This document shows positions 50,075 to 61,029 of a stretch of 64,000 nucleotides of DNA, one piece after another. This stretch comes from Eledone cirrhosa. Its lineage: Eukaryota. The stretch covers positions 137,454,001-137,518,000 of the forward strand of contig OZ024743.1 of assembly GCA_964016885.1 (NCBI GenBank), given 5' to 3'. How positions within the stretch are numbered: position 1 is the stretch's first letter; each line of letters starts with the position of its first letter. The notes beneath the pieces are model-generated. The model did not search any database. It was not told where the DNA came from and saw only the letters and a list, made by a program, of their open reading frames with translations. Both the position numbers and the translations under genes were made by a program.

Positions 50075-53000
50075 CTTGGTACTTGGGGCTTGGTGTTTGG
50101 TGCTTCGTGCTTCGTGCTTGGTGTTTGGTGCTTGGTGCTTGGTGTTTGGTGTTTGGTGCTTGGTGTTTGGTGCTTGGTGCTTGGTGCTGGGTGCTTGGCG
50201 TTTGGTGCTTGGTGCTTGGTGTTTGGTGCTTGGTGCTTGGTGCTTGGTGTTTGGTGCTTGGTACCTGGTGCTTGGTCTTTGGTGCTTGGTGTTTGGTGTT
50301 TGGTGCTTGGTGTTTGGTGCTTGGTGCTTGGTGATTAGTGTTTGGTGCTTGGTGCTTGGGGTTTGGTGTTTGGTGCTGCGTGCTTGGTGCTTGGTGCTTG
50401 GTGTTTGGTGCTTGGTGTTTGGTGTTTGCTGTTTGGTGTTTGGTGTTTGGTGTTTGGTGTTTGCTGTTTGCTGTTTGGTGTCTGCTTTTTGGTGTTTGGT
50501 GTTTGCTGTATGGTGTTTGCTGTTTCGTGTTTACTGTTTGCTGTTTGGTGTTTGGTGTTTGGTGTTTGGTGTTTCCTGTTTGGTCTTTAGTCTTTGGTGC
50601 TTGGTGTTTGGTGCTTGGTGTTGGTATTTGGTGTTTGGTGCTTGGTGCTTGGTGTTTGGTGCCTGTTGCTTGGTGCTTGTTGTTTGGTGTTTGGTGTTTG
50701 GTGTTTGGTGCTTGGTGCTTGGTGTTTGGTGCTTGGTGCTTGGTGTTTCGTGCTGCGTGCTTGGTGTTTGGTCCTTGGTGCTTGGTGCTTGCTGTTTGGT
50801 GCTTGGTGCTTGGTGTTTGGTGCTTGGTGCTTGGTGCTTGGTGTTTGGTGCTTAGTGCTTGGTGTTTGGTGCTTGGTGCTTCGTGTTTGGTGTTTGCTGT
50901 TTGCTGTTTGGTGTTTGCTGTTTGGTGTTTGGTGTTTGGTGCTTGCTGTTTGGTGCTTGGTGTTTGGTGCTTGGTGCTTGGTGTTTTGTGTTTGGTGCTT
51001 GGTGCTTGGGGCTTGGTGTTCGGTGCTTGGTGCGTGGTTCTTGGTGCTTGGTGTTTGGTGTTTGGTGCTTGGTCTTTGGTGTCTGGTGCTTGGTGCTTGG
51101 TGCTTGGTGTTTGGTGTTTGCTGTTTGCTGTTTGGTGTTTGCTGTTTGCTGTTTGCTGTTTGCTGTTTGCTGTTTGGTGTCTGCTTTTTGGTGCTTGGTG
51201 TTTGCTGTATGGTGTTTGCTGTTTCATGTTTGGAGTTTGCTGTTTGCTGTTTGGTGTTTCCTGTTTGCTGTTTGGTGTTTGGTGCTTGTTGCTTAGTGCT
51301 TGGTGTTTGGTGTTTGGTGCTTGGTGTTTGGTGCTTAGTGCTTGGTGTTTGGTGTTTGGTGCTTGGTGCCTGGTGCTTTTTGTTTTGTGTTTGGTGCTTG
51401 GTGCTTGATGTTTGGTGTTTGGTGCCTGGTGTCTGGTGTTTGGTGCTTGGTGTTTGGTGTTTGGTGCTTGGTGCTTGGTGTTTGGTGTTTGGTGCTTGGT
51501 GCTTGGTGTTTGGTGTTTGGTGCTTGGTGTTTGGTGTTTGGTGTTTGGTGTTTGATGCTTGGAGTTTGATGCTTGGTGCTTGGTGTTTGGTGCTTGGTGC
51601 TTGGTGTTTGTACTTGGTGCTTGGTGCTTGGTGTTTGGTGCTTGGTTCTTGGTGTTTGGTGCTTGGTGTTTGGTGTTTGGTGCTTGGTGTTTGGTGCTTG
51701 GTGCTTGGTGGTTGGTGTTTGGTGCTTGGTGCCTGGTGCATGGTGTTTGGTGCTTGATGCTTGGTGTTTGGTGTTTGGTGCTTGGTGTTTGGTGATTGGT
51801 GCTTGGTGCTTGGTGCTTGGTGCTTGGTGTTTGGTGGTTGGTGCTTGCTGCTTGCTGCTTGGTGTTTGGTGCCTGGTGATTGGTGCTTGGTGTTTGGTGC
51901 TTGGTGCTTGGTGTTTGGTACTTGGGGCTTGGTGTTTGGTGCTTCGTGCTTCGTGCTTGGTGTTTGGTGCTTGGTGCTTGGTGTTTGGTGTTTGGTGCTT
52001 GGTGTTTGGTGCTTGGTGCTTGGTGCTGGGTGCTTGGCGTTTGGTGCTTGGTGCTTGGTGTTTGGTGCTTGGTGCTTGGTGCTTGGTGTTTGGTGCTTGG
52101 TACCTGGTGCTTGGTCTTTGGTGCTTGGTGTTTGGTGTTTGGTGCTTGGTGTTTGGTGCTTGGTGCTTGGTGATTAGTGTTTGGTGCTTGGTGCTTGGGG
52201 TTTGGTGTTTGGTGCTGCGTGCTTGGTGCTTGGTGCTTGGTGTTTGGTGCTTGGTGTTTGGTGTTTGCTGTTTGGTGTTTGGTGTTTGGTGTTTGGTGTT
52301 TGCTGTTTGCTGTTTGGTGTCTGCTTTTTGGTGTTTGGTGTTTGCTGTATGGTGTTTGCTGTTTCGTGTTTACTGTTTGCTGTTTGGTGTTTGGTGTTTG
52401 GTGTTTGGTGTTTCCTGTTTGGTCTTTAGTCTTTGGTGCTTGGTGTTTGGTGCTTGGTGTTGGTATTTGGTGTTTGGTGCTTGGTGCTTGGTGTTTGGTG
52501 CTTGGTGCTTGGTGCTTGTTGTTTGGTGTTTGGTGTTTGGTGTTTGGTGCTTGGTGCTTGGTGTTTGGTGCTTGGTGCTTGGTGTTTCGTGCTGCGTGCT
52601 TGGTGTTTGGTCCTTGGTGCTTGGTGCTTGCTGTTTGGTGCTTGGTGCTTGGTGTTTGGTGCTTGGTGCTTGGTGCTTGGTGTTTGGTGCTTAGTGCTTG
52701 GTGTTTGGTGCTTGGTGCTTCGTGTTTGGTGTTTGCTGTTTGCTGTTTGGTGTTTGCTGTTTGGTGTTTGGTGTTTGGTGCTTGCTGTTTGGTGCTTGGT
52801 GTTTGGTGCTTGGTGCTTGGTGTTTTGTGTTTGGTGCTTGGTGCTTGGGGCTTGGTGTTCGGTGCTTGGTGCGTGGTTCTTGGTGCTTGGTGTTTGGTGT
52901 TTGGTGCTTGGTCTTTGGTGTCTGGTGCTTGGTGCTTGGTGCTTGGTGTTTGGTGTTTGCTGTTTGCTGTTTGGTGTTTGCTGTTTGCTGTTTGCTGTTT

Positions 53001-53640
53001 GCTGTTTGCTGTTTGGTGTCTGCTTTTTGGTGCTTGGTGTTTGCTGTATGGTGTTTGCTGTTTCATGTTTGGAGTTTGCTGTTTGCTGTTTGGTGTTTCC
53101 TGTTTGCTGTTTGGTGTTTGGTGCTTGTTGCTTAGTGCTTGGTGTTTGGTGTTTGGTGCTTGGTGCCTGGTGCTTTTTGTTTTGTGTTTGGTGCTTGGTG
53201 CTTGATGTTTGGTGTTTGGTGCCTGGTGTCTGGTGTTTGGTGCTTGGTGTTTGGTGTTTGGTGCTTGGTGCTTGGTGTTTGGTGTTTGGTGCTTGGTGCT
53301 TGGTGTTTGGTGTTTGGTGCTTGGTGTTTGGTGTTTGGTGTTTGGTGTTTGATGCTTGGAGTTTGATGCTTGGTGCTTGGTGTTTGGTGCTTGGTGCTTG
53401 GTGTTTGGTGCTTGGTGTTTGGTGTTTGGTGCTTGGTGTTTGGTGCTTGGTGCTTGGTGGTTGGTGTTTGGTGCTTGGTGCCTGGTGCATGGTGTTTGGT
53501 GCTTGATGCTTGGTGTTTGGTGTTTGGTGCTTGGTGTTTGGTGATTGGTGCTTGGTGCTTGGTGCTTGGTGCTTGGTGTTTGGTGGTTGGTGCTTGCTGC
53601 TTGCTGCTTGGTGTTTGGTGCCTGGTGATTGGTGCTTGGT
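50075..53640 (+). repeat. Nested 1839-bp tandem duplication (first pair)
   Basis: GGTACC at 50260 and 52099. ORF pairs 50338/52177 and 50859/52698. The second copy carries small deletions. Confidence 0.88.
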
Positions 53641-56600
53641 GTTTGGTGCTTGGTGCTTGGTGTTTGGTGTTTGGTGCTAGGTGCTTGGTGCTTGGTGCTT
53701 GGTGTTTGGTGCTTGGTGTTTGGTGCTTGGTACTTGGGGCTTGGTGTTTGGTGCTTGGTGCTTGGTGTTTGGTGCTTGTTGTTTGGTGTTTGATGCTTGG
53801 TGTTTGATGCTTGGTGCTTGGTGCTTGGTGTTTGGTGCTTGGTGCTTGGTGTTTGTACTTGGTGCTTGGTTCTTGGTGTTTGGTGCTTGGTGCTTGGTGT
53901 TTGGTGCTTGGTGCTTGGTGTTTGGTGTTTGGTGCTTGGTGTTTGGTGCTTGGTGCTTGGTGCTTGGTGGTTGGTGTTAGGTGTTTGGTGCTTGGTGCTT
54001 GGTGTTTTGTGCTTCGTGCTTGGTGCTTGGTGTTTGGTGCTTGGTGCTTGGTGTTTGGTGCTTGGTGTTTGGTGTTTGGTGCTTGGGGCTTGGTGTTTGG
54101 TGCTGCATGCTTGGTGCTTGGTGCTTGGTGCTTGGTGTTTTGTGTTTGCTGTTTGATGCTTGGTGTTTGGTGTTTGGTGCTTGGTGCTTGGTGTTTGGTG
54201 TTTGGTGCTTGGTGCTTGGTGTTTGGTGCTTGGTGCTTGGTGTTTGGTGCTTGGTGCTTGGTGTTTCGTGCTGCGTGCTTGGTGTTTGGTGCTTGGTGCT
54301 TGGTGCTTGGTGTTTGGTGTTTGGTGTTTGATGCTTGGTGCTTGGTGCTTGGTGTTTGGTGTTTGGTGCTTGGTGCTTGGTGCTTGGTGCTTGGTGTTTG
54401 GTGCTTAGTGCTTGGTGTTTGGTGCATGGTGCTTGGTGTTTGGTGTTTGCTGTTTGCTGTTTGGTGTTTGCTGTTTGCTGTTTGGTGTTTGCTGTTTGGT
54501 GTTTGGTGTTTGCTGTTTGCTGTTTGGTGCTTGCTGTTTGGTGCTTGGTGCTTGGTGTTTCGTGCTGCGTGCTTGGTGTTTGGTGCTTGGTGCTTGGTGC
54601 TTGGTGTTTGGTGTTTGGTGTTTGATGCTTGGTGCTTTGTGCTTGGTGTTTGGTGTTTGGTGCTTGGTGCTTGGTGCTTGGTGCTTGGTGTTTGGTGCTT
54701 AGTGCTTGGTGTTTGGTGCATGGTGCTTGCTGTTTGGTGTTTGCTGTTTGCTGTTTGGTGTTTGCTGTTTGCTGTTTGGTGCTTGCTGTTTGGTGCTTGG
54801 TGCTTGGTGCTTGGGGCTTGATGTTTGGTGCTTGGTGCTTGGTTCTTGGTGCTTGGTGTTTGGTGCTTGCTGCTTGGTGCTGGGTGTTTGGTGCTTGGTG
54901 CTTGGTGTTTGGTGCATGGTGCTTGGTGCTTGGTGTTTGTCGCTTGGTGCTTGGTGCTTGGTGTTTGGTGCTTGGTGTTTGGTGTTTGGTGCTTGGTGCT
55001 GGGTGTTTGGTGTTTGCTGTTTGCTGTTTGGTGTTTGGTGTTTGCTGTTTGCTGTTTGGTGTCTGATTTTTCGTGTTTGGTGTTTGCTGTATGGTGTTTG
55101 CTGTTTCATGTTTGGAGTTTGCTGTTTGCTGTTTGGTGTTTCCTGTTTGCTGTTTGGTGTTTGGTGCTTGGTTCTTGGTGCTTGGTGCTTGGTGTTTGGT
55201 GCTTAGTGCTTGGTGTTTGGTGCTTGGTGCCTGGTGATTGTTGTTTGGTGTTTGGTGCTTGGTGCTTGATGTTTGGTGTTTGGTGCTTGGTGTCTGGTGT
55301 TTGGTGCTTGGTGTTTGGTGTTTGGTGCTTGGTGCTTGGTGCTTGGTGTTTGGTGTTTGGTGCTTGGTGTTTGGTGTTTGGTGCTTGGTGCTTGGTGTTT
55401 GGTGCTTGGTGCTTGGTGCTTGGTGTTTGGTGTTTGGTGCTTGGTGCTTGGTGTTTGGTGTTTGGTGCTTGGTGTTTGATGCTTGGTGCTTGGTGCTTGG
55501 TGTTTGGTGCTTGGTGCTTGGTGTTTGTACTTGGTGCTTGGTGCTTGGTGTTTGGTGCTTGGTTCTTGGTGTTTGGTGCTTGGTGTTTGGTGCTTGGTGC
55601 TTGGTGTTTGGTGCTTGGTGCTTGGTGCTTGGTGTTTGGTGTTTGGTGCTTGGTGCTTGGTGTTTGGTGTTTGGTGCTTGGTGTTTGATGCTTGGTGCTT
55701 GGTGCTTGGTGTTTGGTGTTTGGTGCTTGGTGCTTGGTGATTGGTGTTAGGTGTTTGGTGCTTGGTGCTTGGTGTTTGGTGCTTGGTGCTTGGTGTTTGG
55801 TGTTTGGTGCTTGGTGATTGATGCTTGGTGTTTGGTGCTTGGTGCTTGGTGTTTGGTTTTTGGTGCTAGGTGCTTGGTGCTTGGTGTTTGGTGTTTGGTG
55901 CTTGGTGTTTGGTGCTTGGTGCTTGGTGCTGGATGGTTGGTGTTTGGTGCTTGGTGCTTGGTGTTTGGTGCTTGGTGCTTGGTGCTTGGTGTTTGGTGCT
56001 TGGTGCTTGGTGTTTGGTCTTTGATGTTTGGTGTTTAGTGCTTGGTGCTTGGTGCTTGGTGTTTGGTGCTTGGTGCTTGGTGCATTGTGATTAGTGTTTG
56101 GTGCTTGGTGTTTGGTGTTTGGTGTTTGGTGCTTGGTGTTTGGTGCTTGGTGCTTGGTGTTTGGTGTTTGGTGCTTGCTACTTGGTGTTTGGTGTTTGGT
56201 GCTTGGTGCCTGGTGCTTGTTGTTTGGTGATTGGTGCTTGGTGTTTGCTGTTTGGTGCTGCGTGCTTGGTGCTTGGTGCTTGGTGCTTGGTGCTTGGTGT
56301 TTTGTGTTTGGTGTTTGATGCTTGGTGTTTGGTGTTTGGTGCTTGGTGCTTGGTGTTTGGTGTTTGATGCTTGGTGCTTGATGCTTGGTGCTTGGTGCTT
56401 GGTGTTTGGTGCTTGGTGCTTGATGTTTGTACTTGGTGCTTGGTGCTTGGTGTTTGGTGCTTGGTGTTTGGTGCTTGGTGCTTGGTGTTTGGTGCTTGGT
56501 GCTTGGTGTTTGGTGTTTGGTGCTTGGTGTTTGGTGCTTGGTGTTTGGTATTAGGTGTTTGGTGCTTCATGCTTGGTGCTTGGTGTTTGGTGCCATGGTG

Positions 56601-56889
56601 CTTGGTGTTTGGTGCTTGGTGCCTGGTGCATGGTGTTTGTTGCTTGGTGCTTGGTGTTTGGTGTTTGGTGCTTGGTGTTTGGTGCTTGGTGCTTGGTGCT
56701 TGGTGTTAGGTGTTAGGTGTTTGCTGCTTGGTGCTTGGTGTTTGGTGCTTGGTGTTTGGTGTTTGGTGCTTGCTGCTTGCTGCTTGGTGTTTGGTGCTTG
56801 GTGATTGGTGCTTGGTGTTTGGTGCTTGGTGCTTGGTGTTTGGTGCTTGGTGCTTGATGCTTGGAGTTTGGTGCTTGGTGTTTGGTGCT

Positions 56890-59800
56890 TGGTACTTGGG
56901 GCTTGGTGTTTGGTGCTTCGTGCTTCGTGCTTGGTGTTTGGTGCTTGGTGCTTGGTGTTTGGTGTTTGGTGCTTGGTGTTTGGTGCTTGGTGCTTGGTGC
57001 TGGGTGCTTGGCGTTTGGTGCTTGGTGCTTGGTGTTTGGTGCTTGGTGCTTGGTGCTTGGTGTTTGGTGCTTGGTACCTGGTGCTTGGTCTTTGGTGCTT
57101 GGTGTTTGGTGTTTGGTGCTTGGTGTTTGGTGCTTGGTGCTTGGTGATTAGTGTTTGGTGCTTGGTGCTTGGGGTTTGGTGTTTGGTGCTGCGTGCTTGG
57201 TGCTTGGTGCTTGGTGTTTGGTGCTTGGTGTTTGGTGTTTGCTGTTTGGTGTTTGGTGTTTGGTGTTTGGTGTTTGCTGTTTGCTGTTTGGTGTCTGCTT
57301 TTTGGTGTTTGGTGTTTGCTGTATGGTGTTTGCTGTTTCGTGTTTACTGTTTGCTGTTTGGTGTTTGGTGTTTGGTGTTTGGTGTTTCCTGTTTGGTCTT
57401 TAGTCTTTGGTGCTTGGTGTTTGGTGCTTGGTGTTGGTATTTGGTGTTTGGTGCTTGGTGCTTGGTGTTTGGTGCTTGGTGCTTGGTGCTTGTTGTTTGG
57501 TGTTTGGTGTTTGGTGTTTGGTGCTTGGTGCTTGGTGTTTGGTGCTTGGTGCTTGGTGTTTCGTGCTGCGTGCTTGGTGTTTGGTCCTTGGTGCTTGGTG
57601 CTTGCTGTTTGGTGCTTGGTGCTTGGTGTTTGGTGCTTGGTGCTTGGTGCTTGGTGTTTGGTGCTTAGTGCTTGGTGTTTGGTGCTTGGTGCTTCGTGTT
57701 TGGTGTTTGCTGTTTGCTGTTTGGTGTTTGCTGTTTGGTGTTTGGTGTTTGGTGCTTGCTGTTTGGTGCTTGGTGTTTGGTGCTTGGTGCTTGGTGTTTT
57801 GTGTTTGGTGCTTGGTGCTTGGGGCTTGGTGTTCGGTGCTTGGTGCGTGGTTCTTGGTGCTTGGTGTTTGGTGTTTGGTGCTTGGTCTTTGGTGTCTGGT
57901 GCTTGGTGCTTGGTGCTTGGTGTTTGGTGTTTGCTGTTTGCTGTTTGGTGTTTGCTGTTTGCTGTTTGCTGTTTGCTGTTTGCTGTTTGGTGTCTGCTTT
58001 TTGGTGCTTGGTGTTTGCTGTATGGTGTTTGCTGTTTCATGTTTGGAGTTTGCTGTTTGCTGTTTGGTGTTTCCTGTTTGCTGTTTGGTGTTTGGTGCTT
58101 GTTGCTTAGTGCTTGGTGTTTGGTGTTTGGTGCTTGGTGTTTGGTGCTTAGTGCTTGGTGTTTGGTGTTTGGTGCTTGGTGCCTGGTGCTTTTTGTTTTG
58201 TGTTTGGTGCTTGGTGCTTGATGTTTGGTGTTTGGTGCCTGGTGTCTGGTGTTTGGTGCTTGGTGTTTGGTGTTTGGTGCTTGGTGCTTGGTGTTTGGTG
58301 TTTGGTGCTTGGTGCTTGGTGTTTGGTGTTTGGTGCTTGGTGTTTGGTGTTTGGTGTTTGGTGTTTGATGCTTGGAGTTTGATGCTTGGTGCTTGGTGTT
58401 TGGTGCTTGGTGCTTGGTGTTTGTACTTGGTGCTTGGTGCTTGGTGTTTGGTGCTTGGTTCTTGGTGTTTGGTGCTTGGTGTTTGGTGTTTGGTGCTTGG
58501 TGTTTGGTGCTTGGTGCTTGGTGGTTGGTGTTTGGTGCTTGGTGCCTGGTGCATGGTGTTTGGTGCTTGATGCTTGGTGTTTGGTGTTTGGTGCTTGGTG
58601 TTTGGTGATTGGTGCTTGGTGCTTGGTGCTTGGTGCTTGGTGTTTGGTGGTTGGTGCTTGCTGCTTGCTGCTTGGTGTTTGGTGCCTGGTGATTGGTGCT
58701 TGGTGTTTGGTGCTTGGTGCTTGGTGTTTGGTACTTGGGGCTTGGTGTTTGGTGCTTCGTGCTTCGTGCTTGGTGTTTGGTGCTTGGTGCTTGGTGTTTG
58801 GTGTTTGGTGCTTGGTGTTTGGTGCTTGGTGCTTGGTGCTGGGTGCTTGGCGTTTGGTGCTTGGTGCTTGGTGTTTGGTGCTTGGTGCTTGGTGCTTGGT
58901 GTTTGGTGCTTGGTACCTGGTGCTTGGTCTTTGGTGCTTGGTGTTTGGTGTTTGGTGCTTGGTGTTTGGTGCTTGGTGCTTGGTGATTAGTGTTTGGTGC
59001 TTGGTGCTTGGGGTTTGGTGTTTGGTGCTGCGTGCTTGGTGCTTGGTGCTTGGTGTTTGGTGCTTGGTGTTTGGTGTTTGCTGTTTGGTGTTTGGTGTTT
59101 GGTGTTTGGTGTTTGCTGTTTGCTGTTTGGTGTCTGCTTTTTGGTGTTTGGTGTTTGCTGTATGGTGTTTGCTGTTTCGTGTTTACTGTTTGCTGTTTGG
59201 TGTTTGGTGTTTGGTGTTTGGTGTTTCCTGTTTGGTCTTTAGTCTTTGGTGCTTGGTGTTTGGTGCTTGGTGTTGGTATTTGGTGTTTGGTGCTTGGTGC
59301 TTGGTGTTTGGTGCTTGGTGCTTGGTGCTTGTTGTTTGGTGTTTGGTGTTTGGTGTTTGGTGCTTGGTGCTTGGTGTTTGGTGCTTGGTGCTTGGTGTTT
59401 CGTGCTGCGTGCTTGGTGTTTGGTCCTTGGTGCTTGGTGCTTGCTGTTTGGTGCTTGGTGCTTGGTGTTTGGTGCTTGGTGCTTGGTGCTTGGTGTTTGG
59501 TGCTTAGTGCTTGGTGTTTGGTGCTTGGTGCTTCGTGTTTGGTGTTTGCTGTTTGCTGTTTGGTGTTTGCTGTTTGGTGTTTGGTGTTTGGTGCTTGCTG
59601 TTTGGTGCTTGGTGTTTGGTGCTTGGTGCTTGGTGTTTTGTGTTTGGTGCTTGGTGCTTGGGGCTTGGTGTTCGGTGCTTGGTGCGTGGTTCTTGGTGCT
59701 TGGTGTTTGGTGTTTGGTGCTTGGTCTTTGGTGTCTGGTGCTTGGTGCTTGGTGCTTGGTGTTTGGTGTTTGCTGTTTGCTGTTTGGTGTTTGCTGTTTG

Positions 59801-60560
59801 CTGTTTGCTGTTTGCTGTTTGCTGTTTGGTGTCTGCTTTTTGGTGCTTGGTGTTTGCTGTATGGTGTTTGCTGTTTCATGTTTGGAGTTTGCTGTTTGCT
59901 GTTTGGTGTTTCCTGTTTGCTGTTTGGTGTTTGGTGCTTGTTGCTTAGTGCTTGGTGTTTGGTGTTTGGTGCTTGGTGTTTGGTGCTTAGTGCTTGGTGT
60001 TTGGTGTTTGGTGCTTGGTGCCTGGTGCTTTTTGTTTTGTGTTTGGTGCTTGGTGCTTGATGTTTGGTGTTTGGTGCCTGGTGTCTGGTGTTTGGTGCTT
60101 GGTGTTTGGTGTTTGGTGCTTGGTGCTTGGTGTTTGGTGTTTGGTGCTTGGTGCTTGGTGTTTGGTGTTTGGTGCTTGGTGTTTGGTGTTTGGTGTTTGG
60201 TGTTTGATGCTTGGAGTTTGATGCTTGGTGCTTGGTGTTTGGTGCTTGGTGCTTGGTGTTTGTACTTGGTGCTTGGTGCTTGGTGTTTGGTGCTTGGTTC
60301 TTGGTGTTTGGTGCTTGGTGTTTGGTGTTTGGTGCTTGGTGTTTGGTGCTTGGTGCTTGGTGGTTGGTGTTTGGTGCTTGGTGCCTGGTGCATGGTGTTT
60401 GGTGCTTGATGCTTGGTGTTTGGTGTTTGGTGCTTGGTGTTTGGTGATTGGTGCTTGGTGCTTGGTGCTTGGTGCTTGGTGTTTGGTGGTTGGTGCTTGC
60501 TGCTTGCTGCTTGGTGTTTGGTGCCTGGTGATTGGTGCTTGGTGTTTGGTGCTTGGTGCT
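56890..60560 (+). repeat. Nested 1839-bp tandem duplication (second pair)
   Basis: GGTACC at 57073 and 58912. ORF pairs 57151/58990 and 57400/59239 have identical translations. Confidence 0.9.
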
Positions 60561-61029
60561 TGGTGTTTGGTGTTTGGTGCTAGGTGCTTGGTGCTTGGTG
60601 CTTGGTGTTTGGTGCTTGGTGTTTGGTGCTTGGTACTTGGGGCTTGGTGTTTGGTGCTTGGTGCTTGGTGTTTGGTGCTTGTTGTTTGGTGTTTGATGCT
60701 TGGTGTTTGATGCTTGGTGCTTGGTGCTTGGTGTTTGGTGCTTGGTGCTTGGTGTTTGTACTTGGTGCTTGGTTCTTGGTGTTTGGTGCTTGGTGCTTGG
60801 TGTTTGGTGCTTGGTGCTTGGTGTTTGGTGTTTGGTGCTTGGTGTTTGGTGCTTGGTGCTTGGTGCTTGGTGGTTGGTGTTAGGTGTTTGGTGCTTGGTG
60901 CTTGGTGTTTTGTGCTTCGTGCTTGGTGCTTGGTGTTTGGTGCTTGGTGCTTGGTGTTTGGTGCTTGGTGTTTGGTGTTTGGTGCTTGGGGCTTGGTGTT
61001 TGGTGCTGCATGCTTGGTGCTTGGTGCTT

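Noticed and set aside
49992-53066. 1024-aa minus-strand ORF
   Set aside because: Paralog of the 1545-aa ORF with different ends; the same repeat artefact.
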